DNA of 31,818 nucleotides. Origin: Macrostomum lignano. Lineage: Eukaryota. The notes below the pieces were generated by a model that did no database searches, was not told the DNA's origin, and saw only the letters and a list, made by a program, of their open reading frames with translations. The stretch covers positions 1 through 31,818 of the forward strand of contig NIVC01003391.1 of the NCBI GenBank assembly GCA_002269645.1. Direction: 5' to 3'. Made by a program: the position numbers and the translations under genes. Shown here in pieces: positions 1-12,300 of this stretch (positions within the stretch are counted from its first letter, which is position 1; the number at the start of each line of letters is the position of its first letter).

Positions 1-478
1 CAAACTCTCTGACCAAAACTGTCTGACCAAAACTGTCTCTGACCAAACTGTCTCTGACCAAACTGTCTCTGACCAAACTGTCTCTGACCAAACTGTCTCT
101 GACCAAACTGTCTGACCAAACTGTCTGACCAAACTGTCTGACCAAACTGTCTGACCAAACTGTCTCTGACCAAACTGTCTCTGACCAAACTGTCTCTGAC
201 CAAAACTGTCTGAGCCAAAACTGTCTGACCAAAACTGTTTCTGACCAAACTGTCTCTGACCAAACTGTCTCTGACGCAAACTGTCTGACCAAAAACTGTC
301 TGACGCAAACTGTCTAGACCAAACTGTCTCTGAACCAAACTGTCTCTGACCAAACTGTCTCTGACAAACTGTCTGACCAAACTGTCTCTGACCAAAACTG
401 TCTGACCAAACTGTCTGACCAAACTGTCTCTGACCAAACTGTCTCGGACCAAAACTGTCTGACCAAATAGTCTCTGAA
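1..478. repeat. Satellite of mixed 13/15-bp units (CAAACTGTC[TC]TGAC), truncated by window start
   Basis: Directly visible tandem array with scattered single-base indels. Confidence 0.95.
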
Positions 479-532
479 TCAAAAATCAATCGATAGGCAC
501 AATTCTGTACATCGTGACTATTAAGCAGCAGC

Positions 533-621
533 TGTCACTGACAGCCAATTGTCACTGACAGCCAATTTGTCAGCTGACAGCCAATTGTCACTGACAGCCA
601 ATTGTCACTGACAGTCAATTG
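533..621. repeat. Short 17-bp tandem repeat (GTCACTGACAGCCAATT), about 5 copies
   Basis: Directly visible. Confidence 0.85.
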
Positions 622-1247
622 AGGATCTGTCTCATCGGAAAGGCTGCACAATTTCAATAGAAAATACGAGAAATTTACACCAATTAAAATTTTGACTCAC
701 TGGTCATGTCGAGTTCTCAGGCTTGAAAAAGGACTGAGGTAGTGGGCGAATATTTAAATCGATAATAAAGTTGCTGAGGCCCAGTTCACAGAGATAACGG
801 CAGCAGTTCTCTAACACTTGACCTGGGCAGGCAAAGGGCCGGCTGCCTCTTTAAGTAGGCAGGGCGCCGCCATTGTGCAGCTCAAGTAAACAAAAATTTG
901 ACAAGAACTCCTCCTCACTCAGCCTTCAGCGGCAGCAGGTCTACCCGCCCTCCCCCACTCCCTGCCTGTCAACAGCTTTCCGCGCCTCACCTCAGGTGAC
1001 CTCAGACATTGTTGAGGTCTGCTTTTGTGATGCCTTTGTGAGTTGTGCGCATTCAGGCCCGGCCAAGGACACCAAAGAAATGAAACTTGGATTGCCGGTT
1101 TTTTTTCCAGACTGAAAATTTTTTGAAAAAATTTCAAGGGGCGCCGCCATGGATTTTGTGGTGGGGGGGGACAAAGCCAGGAATTCTACATGCACATGTA
1201 CTGAACTAAATTCTTACATGTACATTATTTTGAGAATCGTGTTGTCA

Positions 1248-1976
1248 TCACTCATTTTGGCGCCGTAGGCAACTCATTTTAGCGCAATAGGCACTCATTT
1301 TGGCGCCGCAGACACTAATTTCGGCGCCCAGTCACTTATTTTAGCGCCGCAGTCACTCATTTTAGGCGCCGCAGTCACTTATTTTAGCGCCGCAGACACT
1401 AATTTCGGCGCCCAGTCACTTATTTTAGCGCCGCAGTCACTCATTTTAGCGCCGCAGTCACTTATTTTAGCGCCACAGACACTAATTTCGGCGCCCAGTC
1501 ACTTATTTTAGCGCCGCAGTCACTCATTTTAGCGCCACAGACACTAATTTCGGCGCCCAGTCACTTATTTTAGCGCCGCAGTCACTTATTTTAGCGCCGC
1601 AGTCACTTATTTTAGCGCCGCAGTCACTCATTTTAGCGCCGCAGTCACTTATTTTAGCGCCACAGACACTAATTTCGGCGCCCAGTCACTTATTTTAGCG
1701 CCGCAGTCACTTATTTTAGCGCCACAGACACTAACTTCGGCGCCCAGTCACTTATTTTAGCGCCGCAGTCACTCATTTTAGCGCCGCAGTCACTTATTTT
1801 AGCGCCGCAGTCACTCATTTTAGCGCCGCAGTCACTTATTTTAGCGCCGCAGTCACTCATTTTAGCGCTACAGTCACTCATTTTAGCTCCACAGACACTA
1901 ATTTCGGCGCCCATACACTTATTTTAGCGCCGCAGTCACTCATTTTAGCGCCGCAGTCACTCATTTTGGCGCCGCG
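1248..1976. repeat. 21-bp minisatellite (TTTTAGCGCCGCAGTCACTYA) with recurring CACAGACACTAATTTCGGCGCC variant
   Basis: Directly visible; explains the MSDCGAK-repeat ORF at 1711-1914. Confidence 0.95.
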
Positions 1977-3054
1977 CAGGCGCTATGTTTTGTCGCCGTG
2001 AAGCAAAATTTTTATTTCCATAACGGGTCACACGGGGGGTGGGGGGGGGACAAAGCATTGGCGTGTCCCTCCATAGCTTTTACTGGGGGGGACATGTCCG
2101 CGCACAACTACGACTTCAAGTTAAACAAAAATATGTAAAGAACTGCTTTCAAAACTTTTATTAAAATCCCTATGAGTACACTGAACATACTGCTCACTGC
2201 TGGCTTCAGAATGCCTGACAGTGAGGGGTTTGGGGCCACTCCAGACACTTTGCTTAAGCCTCCACGGCCCACCGGGCGCCCCCTCTCCGCCGGTGTTTTT
2301 AAAGCTGCGCAGTAAACAGGCAGGCCGGCTCCGGTTTTTCGTCCCGAAATGTTTTTGTTTAAGCAGAAGCGGATCGCGTAGCGGTGCTCAAAAATATTTT
2401 TATTTATAATTATCTGAGTAAATATAGTATTAGATATTATTTTGTTGAAAATAACAGAAGCGACAAGCGTTTTTGAATGCAGAGACAGCATGGCTGCTAC
2501 AGACTTGTATTTTAAATAAATAGAGTTATCGGTTTCGTCTGCAAAAGCCCAGAAAAATAACAAAATATATGCTTTTCATACTACTTGTTAAAGGACAGAC
2601 AGTAGAGGACAGAGAAGAAAACCAAAATTATTGAGATTATATTTTTATTTATATTTTTTAACGATTGGTAATTGTGGATTTAGGATAGAAAACGACAGTA
2701 AAATTCTCATAAGTAGTAAATAGCGATTGCGAGTTAGAATTATTCTCGAGTTTCAGTAGTTTGTTCAAGCAACAAAAAAGAGAGTAGATTTGCTATCCAG
2801 AAGGTTATAGGTGTATAAATATGCTTTTATACATTATTTCATATAGCTCGTAAATCTACATTGAAATTGATTAAAATTCCTTGCGGCGTTACCAACTTTG
2901 TTCAAAAAAGCTTTTAAGGAAAAGGCGCGAATTTGATTTTTGGCGTGGATATGATTTGATTTGCAATTGGAGGGTATTCTAGAGTTCAGATATGGCAGAA
3001 AATATCACGGAATCTGCTGTTTTCCTAATCGGCTTTGAAGAGGCCTCCGGTTTC

Positions 3055-3307
3055 TCACTCGGCTGCGACCTTCACCTTCTGCTGCGGCTCCTCCAGCTCC
3101 GGCGCTTCGACTTTGTAGGGCTTCGCCTTGGGACCGCCGCGCAGGTAGGTCTTGTTGATGAAGGCCAGCAGTTTGTCCACGCGGCTCGGCAGGGTGACGT
3201 TGAGCTGCTCGTCCAGGCTCTGGTTGCGGTAGTCGGTGCTGGCCAGGTTGTGACCGAAGTAGGCCCTGGCGGCCCGGCTCTGGCCCAGGCCGACAAACAT
3301 CATGGCC
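3055..3307 (-). CDS. Probable terminal exon of the polycystin gene (cytoplasmic tail)
   Basis: cttgtctccgcag|G GCC ATG; AMMFVGLG...LPSRVDKLLAFINKTY resembles the post-S6 tail of PKD1L/REJ-type proteins (recalled family knowledge); not phase-compatible with exon 21. Confidence 0.7.
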
Positions 3308-6300
3308 CTGCGGAGACAAGCGGAGGCAAACTCCATTGGAATGATTTTTCACTGATTCTCCATCACTGTGCTCAAAACTACCCCTCAGGTGAACTACCCC
3401 ACATGTAAAGTACCCCTCAGGTGAACTACCCCTCAGGTAAACTACCCCTCAGGTGAATTATCCCTCAGGTGAACTACCCCTCAGGTGAACTACCCCTCAG
3501 GTAAACTACCCCTCAGGTGAATTATCCCTCAGGTGAACTACCCCTCAGGTGAACTACCCCTCAGGTGAACTACCCCTCATGTAAACTATCCCTCAGGTGA
3601 ACTACCCTCAGGTAAACTACCCCTCAGGTGAATTATCCCTCAGGTGAACTATCCCTCAGGTGAACTACCCCTCAGGTGAACTACCCCTCATGTAAACTAT
3701 CCCTCAGGTGAACTACCCCTCAGGTGAGCTACTCCTCAGGGGAACTATCCCTCAGGTGAACTATCCCTCAGGTAAACTACCCCTCAGGTGAACTACCCTC
3801 AGATGAACTACCCCTTGGAAAACTACCCCTCATGTAAACTACCCCTCATGTAAACTACCCCTCAGGTGAACTACCCCTCAGATGAACTACCCTTGGAAAA
3901 CTACCCCTCAGGTAAACTACCCCTCAGATGAACTACCCCTTGGAAAACTACCCTCATGTAAACTACCCCTCAGTTAAACTACCCCTCATGGTGAACTACC
4001 CCTTAGGTGAACTACCCTTAGGTGAACTACCCCTCAGGTGAACTACCCCTCAGGTGAACTACCCCTTAGGTGAACTACCCCTCAGGTGAACTACCCCTCA
4101 GGTGAACTACCCTTTAGGTGAACTACTCCTCAGGTGAACTACTCCTCAGGTGAACTACCCCTCAGGTGAACTACCCCTCAGGTGAATTATCCCACATGTA
4201 AAGTACCCCTCAGTTAAACTACCCCTCATGTAAACTATCCCTCAGGTGGACTACCCCTCAGGTGAGCTACTCCTCAGGGGAACTATCCCTCAGGTGAACT
4301 AGATAGAAGCATTTTTGTAAAAATTTTCTGCAAGTAAAAGAGGCCGACTAGTACTCTTTAAAATAGCCAATTCCGCCGCAGCGGAGCATAGCAACAATTT
4401 TTAATTGCCTACTGGGAACAGTTGCTTTTCTATTAAAAGCCGGCCAACAGGCAGCCTAGCTGCATTAGCTATTAGCTTTAAAGTGTCCTTGCGTTGTAAC
4501 TTGTCGCTTCACTTGAAGCCTAGTGCAGGCAAATTGTAAGGCTACAAAGTCAGAAGCAGCTGCGGGGGGCAACTTGGACGCCTCACAGGTTCCCTGTGTG
4601 GGCAGGCAGCTTGTCTCCATTTCTTTTTTGCCTGGCTGGGGAGCAGCGTCTCAGTTTTGAGTCCCACCACGATGGCGGCACTCCGCAAGGAACAATAGGG
4701 GCCCTCCGCGACACCCCGCCTGAATCTTTTGCCCCACCTCATGCTGTCTCCGCATGTCTCATCAGGGAAGCCAGCACTGGGAAGAACACTGGTAAAGGTA
4801 CAGGTTCAGCTGCTCACGCAAGCGGAGCCTTTTGCATGCGTCAAAGGAAGTTTATTTTAGCAACTGAGTGGGGACTGTTAAAAAGAGTAAATTCACCAGG
4901 AATCGCACTTAGAAACGGTTAAGTAAAGTCGGAGCCAGTGAATTGCGAATGAAATTTCTTCTACAACGCACTGCCTACAATCCTGAGGCAAATGTTTCCG
5001 CATACAGACTGGGGCTAGAATGGCTTATACAGGGTATTTGCACTGGCCTGACAATGAAAAGCAGAGGCCAAGATTTGCACCACCTTGCGGGTCATTTGTG
5101 TCTAGAGTCGGCACAACGGGCATGCCAGGCTGTCTTGGCACAACTGTCCCAGACTAGAAGCAGCCACAACCCCCTAAAAACTAACTGATGCACTCAAATA
5201 TAAGAATTTTGGTCGCTAGGCAAAAACTTTACTCACTTTTGCACCAGAAGTAGGCCTTGCGCTGCTTGTAGATGTTGCGCAGCTCTTGATAAATCATTCC
5301 AAGTAGCATGAGGCAAAAAGCACCTGGCAGGCTATCTCGAACGACTTCACGCCTGAACCCAGGAAGCTGAGCAAGTTAGCTGCTTGGAACCGGTAGATTC
5401 CAACCATTCCGCCAGTGCCCGAGAGCTCAAATACGATGGTCCCGATGCCGAACAGGTTCACGTTGGGGTTGTAGAAGGCCAGGTCAATGAACACGGCCCG
5501 TGTTTGCCTGTCCAGCCACTGCAGTGTCTTCAGCTCGTTTATGTTAGCCTGCATGGCGCTAAGCGAGCCCCGGAACTGAAACACGTAGCCGCCAGAGGCA
5601 TAGGTGTACTGCCGAGCCATGTAGGGCCCCAAGTTCTTTAGCGCTGAGCCGCTGGTGAATTTGAAAGCCTCGTATTGCGGCTTCGATGAGGTCTTGTTCG
5701 GATCGTAAGCTTGCCACTTGGGACTGAAATCACTCTTCTCTTCGGCCGAGAAGCTGTAGCTCTCGACGCAGTGACCAACTAGATAGCGTACGCTGGGCAG
5801 CACCGAGCAGGTGTCCATGCGGACTCGCTTCTGCCGCATGATGGCGTAGCCGACCAGCCGGGCAACGCGGTCCCCGGTAAAGCCGCGCTGCAGCAGCGGT
5901 GGATCGTTGTTGTACCACGGCCCGGCCCGGATTCCTGGCATGAATTTGGTCTGCATCCAGTTCCAGAACTCTTCCTCGGTGGAGATGCCGGGGATGCCCT
6001 CGCCACTGGTCATTCCCAAGTCGGGCAGAAGCAGTCTCTCCATCTGCTCCTTCAGAACGTAAGCGTTCGGATCGCGGAAGGCGAAGGTGACGAAAAGCAG
6101 CAAGAAATAAAAGAGCATGTAAAAGCTGATTTCGCGAAGAATGTCGAACATTTTCTTCTCCTTCAAGCGTCGCTCCCGGGCGCGTTCCAGCAACTCTCCC
6201 GATGGCGGCTGGATTCCAGACCTGCACTGGCCTCTCTGTCCCTCCAAATCGTCTTCGTGAAGCCACTCCTCGTCCATTTGCAGCCCGTTTCGTTGGCCCA

Positions 6301-9300
6301 GCTCATTCAGCACCTCCTCCTCATCGTCCAAAAACTCCTCCTCGTCTACAGAGTTCTTCTTGCACAGCAAGGCCATAAAAGCTGCCATCATAAGCACTTT
6401 GAGCGGCTGCGACAACATCACGGAAGAGAAAAACGAGATGAAAAGCGAGGAGATCCACTTCTTGCAAGTTTCATCCCCAAACTGGATGCCATAGAAGGTG
6501 GTGAACAAAGCGGAGACCGCCGTTCCTATCACCAGAATTGACCACGCAATAATGCGCACCCACCACGGAAAGCGAACTTGCTTCGGTAATTTTTTCTCCT
6601 CGACGTCCACTTGCCGAACTGACGCCGGAGGATTCACGGCTGCTGCCGGACTCTCGGCGTACTTGGCTCTGTCGCCCTGCTGCGATTCCTTGCCCCAGTC
6701 AGCCCCGTCGAAGTGGTCGTTGATGGCCTTCTTCAGCTGATTGATGTAACCAACTCGAAGTTTCGACCGACGGAACAGTTCCATGACAACAAAGAGCGGC
6801 AGGAACGAGATCAGATTGGTCACGACACCCACGTATATCATTCTAGGTGTCAGTAGAAACGGTCCGATTGTGAGACCGTCACTAGCAGCCGGCTTTGACG
6901 GGCCCTCCCTCTGGTAGAACATGCAGGTCGTCACCATGGACAGGAACAGGAGCATCAGGCAGCACGCCACGCGCTCAACCCTCGTGAACCGGGACTCCGG
7001 CGGTCTGGCCATGACAGACAGCCACAGATGACCGTCAGTCAGTCGCTTCTTTGTGTCCATCGAGAACAAATAGCTGAAATCACCCAGTTCCTGGTTGCCC
7101 GCTACCGGTACGACCCGGTCCACCGCTCCGTCGTCTTCTTCGACCGCCATCCACCGGTTGACTACAAAGTGGTATCGCCGCCTCGTCTGCAAGTCAATAA
7201 TAGACACGTAGTTGCAGTACCAAGAGGCGGCGGAGCCTTCGCCGCTATTGTCGTGCCACAAACGGAGAAAGTTAAGCGATCCAAGAGGTCTGTGGAGGAT
7301 ATAGATAAAAATAGGTTTGAATGGGTTTGGCTACTAAAGTGCGTAAATTAAGCAGGAGGCCCGTCTACGCACCTCTCCACGGCGAGCAGGAACCGGTCAA
7401 CACATCCGCGCTGCAACACTTTTCTGCTTCTGTCCATCAAGTGTCGCGTGTCGGTCTCGTCACGTTCGCCGCTAAGGATGAAAAACACCTTGGAGTCGGT
7501 GCCGGCGCCCCGGCGCATGCCGGTGCTGACGACTATCTCGTACAGGTACTTGTGGTCCGGGTTGTTGTCCGGAAGAGGCGCCACTCCTAGCTACAAATAA
7601 AACATGCGATGGTTTGCGACTGGTTTTTAATAGTCACTAACCAGTTTTAAACCCTGCTCTGCCCTCTGCCCTGCCAGTGTCAACTTGGCTGAGTGCGTGA
7701 GATCACAACAAACTTCATTCTTACCTTTTCCAGATCCTTTTTGTCGGATCGACGCGCCCAAACAAAAACGGCAATGAAGATTACAGCGATGACGATCTCC
7801 GTGACAAACAGAGTCGGATTCTTGGTGAAATCAAAGTTTGAAAACACGTAGTTCCAATCGATAGTGTTGGGCGATTCAACCCAGCCGCCAGCGAACGAGG
7901 TCAAGTGAGTGCACTGGCAGTGCGTGACGCGAACCGTTGTGAGCGGTCCGACCGTGCAACCTCCGGTATTCCAGGAGGGCTGGCCTGGCTTAATTGCGTA
8001 GCAGCTGGCGGAGAAGATGCGCACGGTATACTTGATGCTGAACTGGTTGGTGTACTCATAAGGAATCGAAGGCCGAGTGAGCGGACCGTAGCGGTTCCAC
8101 TCCGCCTGAGACATCTCCCTGACACCGAACTTGAGCTTGTCGATACTTCGATCCCAGTCGGATGCCGATTTTTTTACACGAGCTTTGGCTTCCTTGTACT
8201 CGGCATTGGTCACAAAGAAGGTGAAAGGGTCCGGGTCGTTTGGTCCAGGCGTCTCGTTGCAGAAGCGCGTGTGGGAGGGGATCATGCCCCACCAATCAAA
8301 GCCCTCGCTTGCGTCTGTCAGCGATGGCGGCTTCCAGAGACGGCCAACCACAAGAAACTGCCGACAAGGAGTGACGCCAAGTGTGAAGTTCTCGAACCGC
8401 AGCTGGAAGTGCACGGACTGGTCAGAGCCGGTCAGCTGGAACTCGTGCAGGATCAGCTTCTGCTCAGCAATGCGATTCTTGCCGAACGGCCCATCAGCGG
8501 TACCTGGGATTTCTATCCCCTCGGGAATGCGAGGTATCGGCTGCATCGGATTGGGATCTATGTAATTCGGCTCCTCGAACGTTGGATCTTTGCGCAGAAA
8601 AGATGTCGAAGAAGCTGCTTCCCGTGTCAGTTACGGAAATTTCGGTGCCGTTTTCATCCGACAGGTTCAGCGTCACAACCTCCGAAGTGGTCGACACGCT
8701 GCAATCGCCGTTGTTGGTGGCGGCGCTGACGTATGGATTAGTCGGAGTTGCCATGGCAGTCAGGCTGACAGAGCTGCGTGCTCCGGTGCAGCGACCCTCC
8801 GGACCGCCGGTAACGCTGCACATGTTGGTTGGGAGAGTGACCCTGGAACGACCCGTGCGCACCAGGCTACCGCTCAGGCTGGCGGGCTCGGACTTTTGCA
8901 GCACCAGACTGAGCTGAGACGATTTTATGTTCATTGGCTTGTCGTTCATCACTAGTTTAGAAGTCATCGACTTTGTCAGCTTGGTGATCGAGGACATACA
9001 GCTAGAGGTGACCTCGGTCGAAACCTGGGTCTGCACAACGCCGTTTGTCTCATCCACGAATGCGCTGCTGGCCTGACTCAAGGGTTTGTTGGCGAAGCCG
9101 TCGCGACTTGACTCCCAGTCGGTGTCGTAGTCTCCAAACGGGGTAGCCATGGACGAGCGCTTATCAGTCAGGGTTCCATGCGACACGTGCACGTTTGAGG
9201 CCTGGTGTTGTGCGGGTTAGTTATTGATAGGATAGCATTTTGTATTGTTCGAATTATCAACTGCAAGTGAAAAAGATAAGGATTCGAGTCGCCCTGTAAA

Positions 9301-12300
9301 GGGCGGGTACGTGGCTCACTGTAATTATTTGCGACAAAGTGGCCAACACGGGCATCGAAAGTTCAGTCAGGCGCTCCTTGGATAGAGAGCCGCTGAGGCC
9401 TACTACCGCATCGGCCACCTCCACGAGTTTGTTCTTGCAGTTTATCTACAATGTTTGTGGTTTGCATTGACTGTGGCTCATTTGTATTTTACTTCAGTAT
9501 TCGGGCATAGTATAGGTATCTGAACGGTAACAGCGCTCACCTGCGTCGTCCTGGAGAGGTCGTCAGCGTCTGTGCTCACCACCTGTATCGTATTTGAGAC
9601 TAGACGAATCTGCTCGTAGTTAGCGCAGGTCATGGTGGCGAAGGTCTCAGACAGCATAGCCAGGACCTGTGCGCGTTCGTCTCTGCTGCGTTCGTAGGCG
9701 TCTTTCTCCTTCTGGGACAACGACTTCAGTTTCTAGGATTGTTGCGCGGGATGTTTGCGGGTGAAGCTTGCATAATGTGTCTTTGTAGTGCGCGAGATGC
9801 AAGCTGCAGCGAGACAGTTTACAGCAAACATATTTTTGGACTGGATTCATTCTAAATAAAAGCGTTACTCAATACTCACGTAGCGCTGGATCGAAATTTC
9901 ACATGGTTCATAAATTTCTTGCTAATAGTCACTTGCGTTAGTTCAAAACTTCACTTTGTGACACTACAAAGTTACGAGTTTGTGAAGTTTGGTGTCTTCT
10001 ACGATGTGAGATTCGAGCTCCTGACAGCAGCCCAAACCCCCCTCCACTCTAGCAAGAGAAAGATGCCACAAAGCTGGGACCCTCATTTTGCAGATTAGAA
10101 GCAATAAAAATGATGGATCAGAAATTTTCAATTAAAAAAAGCAGATTAAAGGGGTCGACACTTCACATGAACAGTTGCACTGAACAATCAAAGCAAAGCA
10201 GTGTCCCGACAAACGCAGCTGCGAGTGCAAGGGAAGGTGAATTGAAAGCTGACAATTCCATTAGAACTGACGAACCGCTGGGCGGTGCCGATAAAGGAGG
10301 CGCTTGCTACCAAGAGTTCATAAATTGTCAAATTTTATTTCCAGATGGTTTCGGCGGAAAAAATAACAACCAGAGCGCCTATTTTAGGGGTAAAAATAAG
10401 GTATAGATAATCATTTAAATGCTCTCTATGTGTAACCAGTAGCAAAATTTCACACGGTTTGCCATCGGTGTGAGTAAATCCGCGAAAATCCGAATCGGAA
10501 GGGCAATTATTCCGGATAAGCCAAGGTGGAGTAGGTGGGGTCGAATTCGAACGCAGCATGCAGCAGTGCGCAGAGACTGTGACATCACAGTAGAAAGCGC
10601 GGCTCGGGAAGCGAGACAAGACAATGAAAGCGGATTTCGCGAGTGTCCGGTCTTACCCGGTAAGCGCCTCCGACGGGTTGGTTTTTTGATTTCTGCAAGC
10701 ATTGGCAGAGCAGAAGCAAATTTGCATGCCATTTCTAAGTAGAAAGATGTCCGTCACGGTAGATACAAGCGTATAGAATAAAAAATTAATATAAAAATTT
10801 CGCAACTTAAATAAAGATCTTCATTGCAAGGAGGCAAAATTGAGGGCATTCAACGAAATCAACTGGTGCACCTTGTCGAGCAAACTGTGATGTGTATCGG
10901 TGTTTCATGTGGAGCAAACTTGATTAATAAATACGATAAACATAAACTGCAGACTTTTACCTTTTCAAGCTAAAATTATGAATAGTATGTAATCTTATTT
11001 AACAATTCAAAGACTCGAGTTTATTTTGATTTTTTAACCCACGGAAAACTGCAGCAGAGGGACACTACACTCGATTTTCTTCGAAATTTCTCGAAAAACT
11101 GGATCGAGTGTAGCGGGCCCTGTTCAGCTGTCCATGTGTCAACCACCATCCAGTATCAGCTTTCCCTAGAAGGCCGTAGAGAGAAGGCCGGTGTGTCCCT
11201 TGGCGAGCCCGGCTCGGTGGTCCTGCGACGTCTGTGGCTAGGGGACCTGACCTGTGCAGGCCAGCTGGTCAACCATTAAGGCGTCTTCGCAGTTGGGTCA
11301 CCCAACCCCACAAGGGATGCAATCTTGAGGTGGCTCGAGCACTGACTCCTAGAGGACCCACGCCTATTCCAGCAGTAGAGCGGCACACATGGTGTTTTAA
11401 TCACGCGACTCCTGGAACTGTCCAATTTTTTATCCTAAAAGCCCTAAGCAGCTTGTCAACTGGGAGTGGCTTGCTATCCCTCGATTGAATGCTTTCGCAG
11501 CAGCTTACAGTGATCCCGTTGAGGCTGATCTCGTCGTAACCGCTGCCTGCCGTGGTGACTGACTCGGATCCGGTCAGGCCTGGGAAGAGCAGGGCGGAGC
11601 GGGAAAACAAATCAGGATAAGTGAATCCCAGCAGAATCCCACTGACTTTGCTCAGTCAACCAACGCTTTTCTAAAAAATAGCTTGTCGATTCTCTACTCC
11701 CTGCTCTCTGATTCAACTGGGACCATCATTTAGTTCCGAGTCGCATGGCTGCTGAGCGGGCTAAAAAGTGACTCCCCACAGTCATTCATTAGTTTCCATA
11801 GGCTACGCAGGCCCGTAGTCGGTAGACTTTGATGAAAATAAATACGTTTGGTAGGCTTTCAGTCGCAGCTTCAATTGTTTTTGCTTCTGCGTCTACTGAG
11901 CGCTTTCATCTCTGCCTCGTACTTTCACCTATACAGATTCGATATATTCAATGCATTCCACTTCAGTATTTTCTGGCCGCAGCGCAAAAACCCCAGGTTA
12001 TGACCATAGACTGTAGCTTCTGCAGCTTTCAAGCGTTAGTAGAAATCTGGCTGGCGCGGCCGCTTTACTGATGCAGCAGCAGCTGGTGTCTGTAGAAATC
12101 GACAGTGCGATTTTTTACGTAAGCCAGTCAAGTTTTACCATAGACATGCTTCTTAAGGCCATGCTATCTCAGCCTGGGACATGCAATCTCAGCCACTTTT
12201 CAGATGCTATGTCAAGCTGTCCGTGGCTTAGTCTGTGATCGAAGCAAATGAAACAGAATGAGAGCAACAAGCGACGAAGACGAAGCGAGAAGTGTTTGCA

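Noticed and set aside
4301-5236. Hidden small exons for S3-S6
   Set aside because: Manual reading of the minus strand and the ORF track found no hydrophobic, splice-bounded segments resembling polycystin helices.
7905-8955. Antisense ORFs (274, 144, 111, 121 aa) over polycystin exon 19, and similar shadows over exons 21, 11 and 22
   Set aside because: Expected shadows of GC-rich coding sequence; no recognisable motifs.
11065-11113. 11-bp perfect hairpin (CTACACTCGAT/ATCGAGTGTAG) as a terminator or regulatory RNA
   Set aside because: It is intronic in a eukaryote, short, and has no supporting context; at most a repeat remnant.
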